Shown here one piece after another: positions 28,976-38,169 of a stretch of 64,000 nucleotides of DNA. A program made the translations under genes and the position numbers. How positions within the stretch are numbered: the first letter of the stretch is position 1; every line of letters begins with the position of its first letter. The notes under the pieces were generated by a model. It did not search any database. It saw only the letters and a list, made by a program, of their open reading frames with translations, and was not told where the DNA came from. Source of the DNA: a virus. Location: IMG/VR virus record IMGVR_UViG_3300036770_004060, positions 1,120 to 65,119 of that record; one strand, given 5' to 3'.

Positions 28976-31183
28976 TTAAATAGATTGATTATTCTTTAAT
29001 AGGTCTCTTTGAGTTTTAGAGTTTTCCATAAACTCTGTCTTTTCCATGTCAAGTTCATGGCTTAATAACTTATCATCAACCTGTGCTTGTCTTTGAGTAT
29101 TAGCTTCATCAACCATCATCTGTTGTTGTTCTGCTTGTGCCTGTTGCATCTGCGGAACTCTTTGAGCATTTATCTTATCCATCTCATACTGCGCCTGTAG
29201 TTTCTCTCTTTGGTATTCCCTTAAAGATTGTGCTATAAGTGTTGAATCAGACCTGTCAAACAGATTAGCAAAACGTGTTTGGTCTAAAAGACCCGCTTGA
29301 AGAAGTGTAAATAATAACTGATTCCCAGCCTGTATTCCTTGCTCTTTAGTTTCAGAACGCTTGATTGTTATTCTATAATCTTGGAGTAAATGTTCTTTAG
29401 TCAGATTAATTCTTTTATGCCCCTCATCTCCAACCATAATGGTTAGTTGCCTAGGATTATCTACATAAATAGCTTTTCCTGTTGTTGCAATATGGTTATA
29501 TGCTTGGCTTAGTACTGATGTTAATTTAGCGTAAAATGGTTCTTGAATAAGTGAGCCTCTTTGTATTTGTGCTTCCACAACACCAACAAGTACGTCTGCT
29601 CCTCCTTGCGTTCCTGTCATTGCCTCATTAACCCCTGTAACATCTTGAATACTTTGTTGCACTTCTTTTATTACCTGAAACATTTGAAGTGTTCCCGAAA
29701 TATTTGTTCCGTATTCTCCAATCGAGTTTTGAACAGAGCCGGTTCTTGAGGTATCAACAAATACAGGTTTTGAGGAGTTCATGTTTCGTACAATATCTTC
29801 TTCACCATCTATTGCTGCATCCTTAGATATGATTGCTCCTGTTCCACGCATACTAGACATTCTCGATTCAATAGCAGAAAGTGTTCTGTTTAAGAACCTT
29901 TGAGGGTCAATAGCATCATCAAGTGGTGTAAGTATTTCTCCTCTTTCATAATCCCAAGCCTCAACCTTATAAGGGAAATATGTTTCAGATGGTTTTCTAA
30001 GGTTTTTTTCTTGAAAAGGTAATATCCCCCATTCAAGGAGTATGTCTTCTTCAACATTTCCTACTTCTTCTTGCGGAATAATTATGGCATATCTAGTAAG
30101 CCCATCATAAACAACTTCCTTTTTTTTATCACCTAGCCTTAACTTGGCTTTTTCTGTAGGTGGCTCTATAAGGTCTTTATCGGTATATGAATTTTTTTCT
30201 CCCGTATTTATATATGTATAGTAAGGATAACCGAACTCATCCATTACATAACCTGCTTCCTTTTTTTCGGTATCTTTCCAATAAACCTCATATACTGGAA
30301 CTTTACCTGATGTCTGAACAAGAATATCATGTATAAACTCATGCATATTCTGATTTGACTGGTCTGATGAATATTTTTCTATTGCATCTCTTTCTAGTTT
30401 TGTTAAGTGTGGGTATTTCTCAAATATAGATGGAGCATCCATGTAGTACCACTCAAACATATATTCTGCATCTGAAAAATCCGATTCTGTTGCCGATAAA
30501 TCCCATCCATAAAAGAAAGGTGATTTTACTTCACCAACATAGTTTCCATTAAATTCATATCCTTTGTATATAGCCAAACCGTATAAGGCAAGATTCCTAG
30601 CTAAGTTATGTTTAATTTTTTCGTTTAGTTTTATCTCCGTTGAGACATAATCAATCATGTTATTTATATCCTTAACATAATCTTCAACAAATGAATTGTC
30701 AAATATTTCTTTTGTCTCAAATTCGGTATCACCTAAAGGAATTTGTTCTTTTATAATATCTTTAAAGTATGGAGAAGCTTTTGAAACTACCTCAAAGGCT
30801 TGTATTCTTTTTAGTTCCTGCTCTCTTTTATTTATAACGAAAGGGGATATACATTCTGCTTGTGCGTTATAGGAAAGTCTAACAGCGTTTCCCTTATACT
30901 GTTGAACCATTGGTTTAAGAACATTTTTTGTCCATTTAAGTCTGTTTCTGATGTCTCCTGATTCATCTAGGAAGAAAGAAACGGTATCATCATCAAGAAT
31001 CCATTGTCCATCTCCACCACTATAGAAAGAGTAATTTATAAGGCATTTTTGTATGTATCTTCTATACGAACTATTGTTTAGTGTTTGAAGACAATACCTA
31101 GCCATGTCGGAATGATATTTTTTGTTTTTCCTTTCGATTAACCTATTAGGTCTAGTTGAATTATTATAAAAAATACCTTTCAT
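28976..31183 (-). CDS. portal protein (735 aa)
   Basis: Size and position; DAIDPQRFLNRTLS...QQSIQDVTGVNEAMTG...GVVEAQIQRGSLI and a Gln-rich C-terminus typical of P22/crAss-like portals. Confidence 0.85.
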   Translation of the reverse strand: MKGIFYNNSTRPNRLIERKNKKYHSDMARYCLQTLNNSSYRRYIQKCLINYSFYSGGDGQWILDDDTVSFFLDESGDIRNRLKWTKNVLKPMVQQYKGNAVRLSYNAQAECISPFVINKREQELKRIQAFEVVSKASPYFKDIIKEQIPLGDTEFETKEIFDNSFVEDYVKDINNMIDYVSTEIKLNEKIKHNLARNLALYGLAIYKGYEFNGNYVGEVKSPFFYGWDLSATESDFSDAEYMFEWYYMDAPSIFEKYPHLTKLERDAIEKYSSDQSNQNMHEFIHDILVQTSGKVPVYEVYWKDTEKKEAGYVMDEFGYPYYTYINTGEKNSYTDKDLIEPPTEKAKLRLGDKKKEVVYDGLTRYAIIIPQEEVGNVEEDILLEWGILPFQEKNLRKPSETYFPYKVEAWDYERGEILTPLDDAIDPQRFLNRTLSAIESRMSSMRGTGAIISKDAAIDGEEDIVRNMNSSKPVFVDTSRTGSVQNSIGEYGTNISGTLQMFQVIKEVQQSIQDVTGVNEAMTGTQGGADVLVGVVEAQIQRGSLIQEPFYAKLTSVLSQAYNHIATTGKAIYVDNPRQLTIMVGDEGHKRINLTKEHLLQDYRITIKRSETKEQGIQAGNQLLFTLLQAGLLDQTRFANLFDRSDSTLIAQSLREYQREKLQAQYEMDKINAQRVPQMQQAQAEQQQMMVDEANTQRQAQVDDKLLSHELDMEKTEFMENSKTQRDLLKNNQSI

Positions 31184-31185
31184 TT

Positions 31186-31752
31186 TTAATATGCTGTTAT
31201 TCCATCATTAATACTAACCAATACTCTTTTCTTGGTATTTCTTTCGTATATTTTTACGCCGTTACCATCCTCAATTCTTTTAACCATCTCGGGTATTTTC
31301 TCCTCTATTCCCTTGAGTAAGTCGGAATGTTTTTTAAGTTCATCAGATGACATCTCCATAATATCTTCTCTTGAGCGCATTCCGATAATATAATTTAGTT
31401 CATCAAAAATATAATGTTGTATTAGTGTAGCACGAAGCCTAAGTTCAACATTAAACTTTTTCATGGTATTTATTCCAGCTTGTATATGGTCAGGAATATT
31501 CCCATTCAAATACTCTTTTAGTTCTTGTTTTTTTAAATAATTAGGAAAACAAGATTTTAGAGCAGTCTCTATCTTTTCATGGTCTTTTTTTTCAAATAAT
31601 GGAGATGTTCTATTCCCTACAAGCCAGCAAAACTTCACTTCTCTTGGATGTAAGTTTTTAAAAACTTCATGATTAGCAAGTTCTGGGAACTCTATTTTTA
31701 GGTCTTGGCTTGTGTCTATACCAAATAATACTACATCTAATTCTTTTGCCAT
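31186..31752 (-). CDS. conserved hypothetical protein upstream of portal (188 aa)
   Basis: Operonic with the portal gene (2-nt gap). Confidence 0.6.
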   Translation of the reverse strand: MAKELDVVLFGIDTSQDLKIEFPELANHEVFKNLHPREVKFCWLVGNRTSPLFEKKDHEKIETALKSCFPNYLKKQELKEYLNGNIPDHIQAGINTMKKFNVELRLRATLIQHYIFDELNYIIGMRSREDIMEMSSDELKKHSDLLKGIEEKIPEMVKRIEDGNGVKIYERNTKKRVLVSINDGITAY

Positions 31753-31763
31753 AAAAGATAAAT

Positions 31764-31801
31764 TAATTAGCTAACCAGCATATCTACCGATTAGCTAATT
31801 A
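31764..31801 (-). terminator. long hairpin terminator after the auxiliary capsid gene
   Basis: Perfect TAATTAGCTAA/TTAGCTAATTA arms, extended by G-U pairs to a GAUA tetraloop on the minus strand, followed by a T-rich tail. Confidence 0.7.
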
Positions 31802-31806
31802 GGTTA

Positions 31807-33072
31807 TTAAGACATTTTAGTCCATTTAAGAACTACTTTTCCATTAGCTACAAGGTTTCCTGTAACACTTGCGTTCCATCCGTCAGCTGCGTTAAGATGT
31901 ACTGTTTTAGCTGATGCTGCCTCGTTGATAGAAATCCCAGTCAATGCTCCAGCTGTAGCAACACTTGTTTTAACAGTTGCTGTTCCTGCCGAATTTGCAG
32001 CTGTTTGACCAGTAATGTAATCTTCAAAAGTAGCTGTACCTCCAAGAACTGCTACCGCTCCTGTTCCAATTACAGAACCTACACCAACGTCAGGTGTATC
32101 TGTAGTTACACCTCCAGTCGTAAGTCCAACAGACATATAAGTAGCTGTATGTACATGAGATCCAGCAGGAAATGTATATATTAATGCTCCATGAGCTGAG
32201 TTACCTCCCGCTGTTGGTGCGCCAAGAACTACACTATCAAGGTTAATAACAGTAGTAATATCTCTACCATCTCCATATTCGACAACAGAACAATTAGTTC
32301 CTGCTGTTCCGAGTAAAGATTTATTAATAGCACCATCAATTAGAGCAACTGATGCAGCAAAATCTGTAGCTGTTTCTTCAATAAAGATTATTGCACTTTC
32401 GTGTTTAACGGCATTTTGACCGCTAAGTACGTTCATTTTAATATCTTTACGATAGTTTATGATATACTTAGTGTAAGTTCCTGCATCATCAACAGATGCA
32501 ACTGGTATGTAAAGTTTTGCTTCTGTAGGGCTTCCGCTTGGAGCAGTATATGGAGTTCCTACAGTTATAGTTGCTCCTGATGGAACTGTAAGAACAGTAT
32601 CACCTGAATTAACATCTGTCATAGTTATAGATATACTATCAGTAGATACAGCTGCTGCTACTATTCCAGATTCAGCATCATTTTGAATTGATTCAAGAAT
32701 TGCATCACGAACTTGTTGAACTGTTGGAGAGGCTCCAACTCTACCTACATAACTTCTACTTTTTATAAGAGCATTTGTTTCTACTCCGCCACCAAAGAAA
32801 GATTGTCTGTATGGAAGTTCTATTACCACTAAATAACTACCATTGTCTGTAAGGGTAATTAATGAAAAGTCTATTGTTTTAATAGACAATACTCCTGCAC
32901 TATACGCAGTTTTTGAAGACGACAAAATATCACTCGTTTTAAGCGACAATGCCGTGTTTGCTGAATCATCCTTTATTGACAGAACACCGCCAACAAAAGA
33001 AACATCAGAAGCTTGTATGTCGTTTGCGATAACCGCAACTCCATACTCTCCTTTCGGAAGTTTTGTAAACAT
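31807..33072 (-). CDS. auxiliary capsid / head decoration protein, two domains (421 aa)
   Basis: Ala/Gly/Thr/Val-rich beta protein with its own promoter and terminator, suggesting high expression; lies next to the head genes. Confidence 0.55.
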   Translation of the reverse strand: MFTKLPKGEYGVAVIANDIQASDVSFVGGVLSIKDDSANTALSLKTSDILSSSKTAYSAGVLSIKTIDFSLITLTDNGSYLVVIELPYRQSFFGGGVETNALIKSRSYVGRVGASPTVQQVRDAILESIQNDAESGIVAAAVSTDSISITMTDVNSGDTVLTVPSGATITVGTPYTAPSGSPTEAKLYIPVASVDDAGTYTKYIINYRKDIKMNVLSGQNAVKHESAIIFIEETATDFAASVALIDGAINKSLLGTAGTNCSVVEYGDGRDITTVINLDSVVLGAPTAGGNSAHGALIYTFPAGSHVHTATYMSVGLTTGGVTTDTPDVGVGSVIGTGAVAVLGGTATFEDYITGQTAANSAGTATVKTSVATAGALTGISINEAASAKTVHLNAADGWNASVTGNLVANGKVVLKWTKMS

Positions 33073-33145
33073 AATAAATAAAATTATACACCGATAAAAA
33101 TCCGTGTGAATTAATAATAATTAACTACACCGTGTAGTACTTTTG

Positions 33146-33180
33146 CAAATTTAACATAAAATCATATTCGTTTTTTTAGA
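33146..33180 (-). promoter_or_regulatory. late promoter TAAATTTG with upstream A7-CG element
   Basis: Plus strand CAAATTTA 33146-33153; CG-T7-AGA at 33169-33180; 7-1-7 palindrome ACTACAC-C-GTGTAGT at 33124-33138 just downstream. Confidence 0.6.
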
Positions 33181-33193
33181 GTTTTTAACTTCG

Positions 33194-33219
33194 CTATTAG
33201 AAAATTATTAGTATATTTG
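33194..33219 (+). promoter_or_regulatory. promoter with conserved spacer CTATTAGAAAATTATTAGTATATTTG
   Basis: Copy of the motif at 21086 and 50830; drives the XRE HTH gene. Confidence 0.65.
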
Positions 33220-33235
33220 CATTTAACATTTTTTT

Positions 33236-33538
33236 ATGACTTTATCTGAATTTTTTCTTAACGAAAGGCTAGAGCGTGGATTATCTCTAAGGAGAGCTTC
33301 TGATGGTATTGGTATATCTGTATCTTATTTGTGTTCAATAGAGAATGGGAAGAAGAACCCTACTCAAAAGACGATTGATTTGTTGTGTAAGTTTTATGAT
33401 AAGGATTTATGGCATATCTTATTTTTAATTTGGTCTTTAGATGATTCTGTTGATGAAAAACTAAAAAAACAAACTCTTTTAAAATTAAAGGAGCTTTTAG
33501 AATTTCAACTAGAATTTACTTTTTCTAAAGTTGTTTAA
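33236..33538 (+). CDS. XRE-family helix-turn-helix regulator (100 aa)
   Basis: LSEFFLNERLERGLSLRRASDGIGISVSYLCSIENGKKNPTQKTIDLLCKFY. Confidence 0.85.
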   Translation: MTLSEFFLNERLERGLSLRRASDGIGISVSYLCSIENGKKNPTQKTIDLLCKFYDKDLWHILFLIWSLDDSVDEKLKKQTLLKLKELLEFQLEFTFSKVV

Positions 33539-33824
33539 ATACGAACACCTTACCATATTTGTTTGATCGTTCTTGTGTATAGTTTTCGATTGATTCTTTA
33601 AAAAACATAAGTTCTCTTTCATTTAGGTTTCTATTTCTAAGTGTTGGATAGTAGCTTTCGTTATACCAAGTTAGTGGTAAATCTACTTGTTGTTTTCTAT
33701 CAATAAAAACTTGATATTTTTCTATACGGAAGTCGCTTATATTTTCTACATATTCAAAATACTTTATAACAAAGTGTTTTATGTTGTTTTCAATAAGATA
33801 TTTTAATACTATTTTTTTCTTCAT
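33525..33824 (-). CDS. hypothetical protein
   Basis: ATG 33824 (MKKKIVLKY) preferred over the upstream TTG. Confidence 0.55.
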   Translation of the reverse strand: MKKKIVLKYLIENNIKHFVIKYFEYVENISDFRIEKYQVFIDRKQQVDLPLTWYNESYYPTLRNRNLNERELMFFKESIENYTQERSNKYGKVFVFKQL

Positions 33825-33834
33825 ATCTAAGATT

Positions 33835-34344
33835 TTAACATACATCAAATTCTTCAAACTTTTTCATTAATCTAAATATATCGTCTGAATCTTCTTTGAG
33901 AAACAGGGTTGGGTTTATCATGTATTTTCTAGCGTTGTTATCAATAATCATTACTTTAATAGCGTTATGTTCTATAAGGTTTTTTATAGCTTTAGGGATA
34001 TGTACAAAAATAACATCCGAGTAATCTCCTATATTTCTATAGTTATACCCATTAACAACGTTATCATTATCCATTACGGTAACAAAGAAAGTAAGAACTC
34101 TTAATGCTGGTGATGATAATTTATTTAAGACATTTAAACTTTCAGTAAAAGAAATAAATCTAGTAGTTTTCTTTTTTTTAAGAACAAAACTTTTTATTTT
34201 GTTTATGTGTTTATCGTATGCTTCTAGTGCTTTAACGAACTCTCCGTTTTTATCTTTCAGGTAAAGGTCATAGTTGGGTCTTCTAAGTGTTTTTATTCTC
34301 CAAAGTTCGGATTTAAGTATTTCGTATGTTATATTTTTAGTCAT
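33835..34344 (-). CDS. RepL-like winged-helix protein (169 aa)
   Basis: L..LS.PALRVLTFF...MDNDNVV......I.......IPKAIKNLIEHNAI....KYMINP.LF pattern of plasmid RepL-type proteins. Confidence 0.55.
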   Translation of the reverse strand: MTKNITYEILKSELWRIKTLRRPNYDLYLKDKNGEFVKALEAYDKHINKIKSFVLKKKKTTRFISFTESLNVLNKLSSPALRVLTFFVTVMDNDNVVNGYNYRNIGDYSDVIFVHIPKAIKNLIEHNAIKVMIIDNNARKYMINPTLFLKEDSDDIFRLMKKFEEFDVC

Positions 34345-34428
34345 TAGTGGTTAGTTTTTTAGTCATTAGTGGTTGGGCATTAGGTATTGGTTATTAGTTT
34401 CTAACTACTAATGCCTAAGTACTAATTC
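34337..34428. repeat. nine TTAG-type heptamers followed by four inverted CTAA-type heptamers
   Basis: 34337-34400 forward (contains TTAGTCATTAGTGG twice); 34401-34428 inverted; fills the whole terL-repL junction. Confidence 0.85.
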
Positions 34429-36537
34429 CTATAGGTATCTAATTAATCTTCCTTTAGAATCTACTTCGGCTCTTCTTGGCGACCAGTTTGTTTGTCTGTT
34501 TTGTATTATTTTAATTCTAGTTTTTTTATTTAGTTCTTCTCCTTTAATATTTATTGGTATTAGTCTGTTATGGCTTACAGCATTTATGTATGCGAAGATT
34601 ATGGAGAATATGGCATCATCGTAGTCGTATCTAAGGTCGGCCGCTTGGTATCTTGTTTGTCTATGACCTTGTGGTGAGTTTAAATCTTTTTCTATAAAAG
34701 TTTTAAGTTGTGTCCAGAACCAAGGAACATCTATATTTTCGGAGTATGCTTCGAGTATTTCTTCAAGTTTGGCTATGATGTGTGAAGCGGTATTTGTTCT
34801 ATTGTTTATACCGAACCATTTACCGGATGGTGTTTGCATATAGTCAGGTATTGAGGCGTTAGATGTGAATTTATGTTTAAATCCGTGTGTTTCCTGAAAG
34901 TCTAGGTGCATATCCCCAATATTGCTTTCTATAAGTTCTTTCACTCCTCCTTTTTTTTCTTGGTCATAATAAAGACTTTGAAGAAGAACCTGCAAATAAC
35001 ATTGTTTAAATTTTCTTTCTCTAAAGAATATTATGCTTGAAACGGAGTTTGTTAGTGAATCCCATATTGCTGACGACATTTTAGAGTGTCCTGTTTCGGA
35101 GTTTATGGGGTCAGTTCCTTGGTAGTATCTATGTTTCCATACTTCACCTTGTGGTGGGTGGTTTATGATAATTGCCGTAGTCCTTGAATCGTCCTCACCG
35201 CTTGTTTGAACCCACCTAGCATCTATAATTTTGTAAGGGGTAAATAAGTCTGGTGTTGGTTGGGAAACATCCATTATTGGCTCAAAGTAACCATATTCTA
35301 TTGCTGGTGTTTTATTATAAATATCATCAAGTCTTTTATTACAATAAAAAATAGGCACTAGCGTTCTTGACTTACGGATAAACATATCATCGATAACGAT
35401 TGGATAGTGTTGAAAGAATTGTACTCTAGCTTTATCTTCGTCTTTACTTCCTTTTTTAGATTCGTAAACCAATCTTTCATTTTCGATGTGTTCTTTAGTA
35501 ACCCCTACCCTTGCGTAGGCATTAAAGAATAGTGGTATTATTCCGTAAGCATAGTTTTTTTCTTTCCAGTTTTTAAGACAGGCGTTAAATTCAGATTCAA
35601 ATACAGCCCCACCAGCATCCATTTCTCCTGATGTACCCCAAGCGATGAATTGCTGTTGCATAATCATCTTCTTTTTTACTGGGTCATACTTGAATAGGGC
35701 AGGTCTTCCCTCTCTCATCATATCACCAAAGATACTCATAAGACCTATTTCATCAACAAAAACAGCTGATGGCGAACCCCCATTTATAGCATCAATTTTA
35801 GGTGTATCTACCTGAAACCTAGAGCCTCCACCTGAATCTCTACCTTTTCTTTCTCCTTTTTTATCAAAAGACATGATGTTCCCTGTCCAGTTTTTAACGT
35901 CTTGTGCTATGTATGATGGAATCTTAGTGAAAGCCCATTTTACTTTATCGTTAAATATTTCCTCTCCTTTCCCTATGGTGTGGGTAACGAACTTTATGAA
36001 GTATGACTTGAATAGGTTAACACGTATCATACCAGCTAGGCACATGGTGGTAGTAAACCCTATTTGCCTACCCTTACCTATCATAAAAGAATAACCACAA
36101 TCAAAAAGAAAAAGAAGCACTTGTTGTGCATCCCAAGCATGGTATTTAAGCATACCGTTTTCCGCCTTATCTTCTTTTATATAACCGTATTTATTACAGA
36201 AATATAGTGAGTTAGCCTTACCTCTTTCAATTTCTTGTTCTAGCCATTCTCTTTGTTCTTCTTCGGTGTTTAGGTCAATAATATCTGTATCATCTTCTAG
36301 CCAGTACCTAGCCTGTGCAATATACAGTTCTAAAGGTTCGTAATAAATCTTATTTTGCCAACCTGAATTAATGCTGTCTATAAATCGAACAAATTCTTTA
36401 GGGTATTCAAACTGTTCGTGAGATGGTTTCCATTCGGATGTAAGTATTTCTCTATTCTTAAAAGATTCTTTACTTAAAGGAATTGGTTTTGGAGTTTCCT
36501 TAAAGGATGGGTTTACGAGTTTATCGAATATATCCAT
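34429..36537 (-). CDS. terL: terminase large subunit (702 aa)
   Basis: Walker A region GKGRQIGFTT, Walker B VFVDEIG, coupling motif WGTSG, nuclease GTDP and C-terminal YDDAIFS. Confidence 0.92.
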   Translation of the reverse strand: MDIFDKLVNPSFKETPKPIPLSKESFKNREILTSEWKPSHEQFEYPKEFVRFIDSINSGWQNKIYYEPLELYIAQARYWLEDDTDIIDLNTEEEQREWLEQEIERGKANSLYFCNKYGYIKEDKAENGMLKYHAWDAQQVLLFLFDCGYSFMIGKGRQIGFTTTMCLAGMIRVNLFKSYFIKFVTHTIGKGEEIFNDKVKWAFTKIPSYIAQDVKNWTGNIMSFDKKGERKGRDSGGGSRFQVDTPKIDAINGGSPSAVFVDEIGLMSIFGDMMREGRPALFKYDPVKKKMIMQQQFIAWGTSGEMDAGGAVFESEFNACLKNWKEKNYAYGIIPLFFNAYARVGVTKEHIENERLVYESKKGSKDEDKARVQFFQHYPIVIDDMFIRKSRTLVPIFYCNKRLDDIYNKTPAIEYGYFEPIMDVSQPTPDLFTPYKIIDARWVQTSGEDDSRTTAIIINHPPQGEVWKHRYYQGTDPINSETGHSKMSSAIWDSLTNSVSSIIFFRERKFKQCYLQVLLQSLYYDQEKKGGVKELIESNIGDMHLDFQETHGFKHKFTSNASIPDYMQTPSGKWFGINNRTNTASHIIAKLEEILEAYSENIDVPWFWTQLKTFIEKDLNSPQGHRQTRYQAADLRYDYDDAIFSIIFAYINAVSHNRLIPINIKGEELNKKTRIKIIQNRQTNWSPRRAEVDSKGRLIRYL

Positions 36538-36545
36538 TTTATTTG

Positions 36546-36566
36546 TTAGTTTTTAGGCATTAGGCA
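36546..36566. repeat. three TTAG heptamers (TTAGTTT TTAGGCA TTAGGCA)
   Basis: At the HNH-terL junction; the HNH stop codon lies in the last unit. Confidence 0.7.
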
Positions 36567-36838
36567 TTAAGATATTTTCTAATGTTGCTTCTTATTTTTT
36601 TTATTTCGGCTATGTTTCTATTATGTACATTATGCTCAAATCTAATCATTAGCTCAAGGGATTCATAAAACTCATTAACATCCATACTACCTTTTAGCTG
36701 GTTACATTTCATGCAGGAAATAACCTTATTATTATTACTTCTTATGCCTCCCCTAGACTTGGGGAACAGATGGTCAACGCTCTTATTAAAGACACTAACA
36801 TCGGTAGAGCAGTAAAAGCATCTTTCGTCATTAGTCAT
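36560..36838 (-). CDS. HNH endonuclease (92 aa), terminase-adjacent
   Basis: CFYC...DHLFPKSRGG..S.NN.VISC.KCNQLKG. Confidence 0.85.
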   Translation of the reverse strand: MTNDERCFYCSTDVSVFNKSVDHLFPKSRGGIRSNNNKVISCMKCNQLKGSMDVNEFYESLELMIRFEHNVHNRNIAEIKKIRSNIRKYLNA

Positions 36839-36858
36839 TAGTCATTAGTCATTAGTGA
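36831..36858. repeat. (TTAGTCA)3 TTAGTGA heptamer array, i.e. (ACTAATG)n on the coding strand
   Basis: Directly visible; supplies both the upstream stop (MTND*) and the downstream start (MTND...). Confidence 0.95.
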
Positions 36859-37224
36859 TTTTAAACTACTTTCTATACGGGATTTTTTTTTCCAATACCA
36901 ATCATGTATTCCATAATATTCTGTTCTAAATCTTTGAGCAAATCCATTTTCTTTCCAACATTCACCCATATCATGTACAACAATATTTTTACCCGATATA
37001 AATTCATCAAAACTTTTAATATTTAAATCTTTCCATAAATAATAAAAAGCAAGTCCTAAATATTCCTTACAAGGAACACCATACCCATGATTCCAGTTAT
37101 CCTTAGTTTTATCTACTAAGTGAAAGTTTAGTTTTAGAGAAAGCATGGACACATAGTAGTCCATATAAACCTCTAACTTTTGAAGACTACTCATATTATC
37201 AACATATTTAACCAAATCAATCAT
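36838..37224 (-). CDS. hypothetical protein (128 aa)
   Basis: Operonic ATG ORF. Confidence 0.6.
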   Translation of the reverse strand: MIDLVKYVDNMSSLQKLEVYMDYYVSMLSLKLNFHLVDKTKDNWNHGYGVPCKEYLGLAFYYLWKDLNIKSFDEFISGKNIVVHDMGECWKENGFAQRFRTEYYGIHDWYWKKKSRIESSLKSLMTND

Positions 37225-37774
37225 TATCTTCTTTTTTATTAGGAACTACACCTTTTTTATCAAACATCTTAACTATTTCTATAGGCTTTTCGCTTCTTCT
37301 CGAAATGAAATCTGGATTCATAAATATGACTTTTGTTTTACCAATACCATGTAAAAAATAATAACCCTCTCTAATAATGTTTAGTTCAATCATCTTACTA
37401 AATATCTGACTAACCCTACCAACGGATAATCCTATTCTATTACAAATCATTTTTCTGCTTATCGGTATTTCTACAGGTTTGCCATCAATAGAATATCTCC
37501 AAAAACAAATATTGGTCCTATAGTCTAAATAATCAATAAGAAACCATAATAAACTCCAACAACGATTATCCATTCCAGAGTTATATAAACCCCTAAGATA
37601 AACATGGTTTACTTGGCTAAAATCATTATAATTTGTATGCACCTTATCTAAGTTCTTAAAACTTCTCTCAATAAGAACACCAAACCTCTCCCTAACCTCA
37701 CCAGTGTTTATGTTAAAAAGACCCCACTCAGACCTATCAATCTCAATATCCTTCCTTTTTACAAACTCGTTCAT
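37217..37774 (-). CDS. RepL-like winged-helix protein (185 aa)
   Basis: WSLLWFLIDYLDYRTNI...SRKMICNRIGLSVGRVSQIFSKMIELNII...IFMNPDF; TATATTTG box on the minus strand at 37779-37786. Confidence 0.6.
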   Translation of the reverse strand: MNEFVKRKDIEIDRSEWGLFNINTGEVRERFGVLIERSFKNLDKVHTNYNDFSQVNHVYLRGLYNSGMDNRCWSLLWFLIDYLDYRTNICFWRYSIDGKPVEIPISRKMICNRIGLSVGRVSQIFSKMIELNIIREGYYFLHGIGKTKVIFMNPDFISRRSEKPIEIVKMFDKKGVVPNKKEDND

Positions 37775-38169
37775 GGAACAAATATATAATTTCTATTTAA
37801 CATAATGTATAAATATTTAACCATATTAATAAAAAATATAACTAATATTTAACTGTACTATAATCTAAAACAACTCAATAAACTAGTAACCAAACACTTA
37901 TGTAGCTTGTGTATATAATCAATAATAAGATGTATTATCATACTAGTAGAATACAGTATAATAAGATAGTTCGTAAACCATGTTTATATGCAAGAATAGG
38001 TAGATAAAAAACACAGATAAACAAGTATCTAGTAATTAGTATCTAGTAATTAGTGGTTGTTAGTGATTGAATATGAAAATAGATTCACATACTTATACAA
38101 TAAATCATATAACCAAACATTAATAGAATCATAACTTAAACACAAATATAATTGATATTAATTTCTAAA

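Noticed and set aside
34429-36537. Intein or intron in terminase, portal or MCP
   Set aside because: The ORFs are continuous and of normal size; no C/S...HN intein ends or LAGLIDADG motifs seen.
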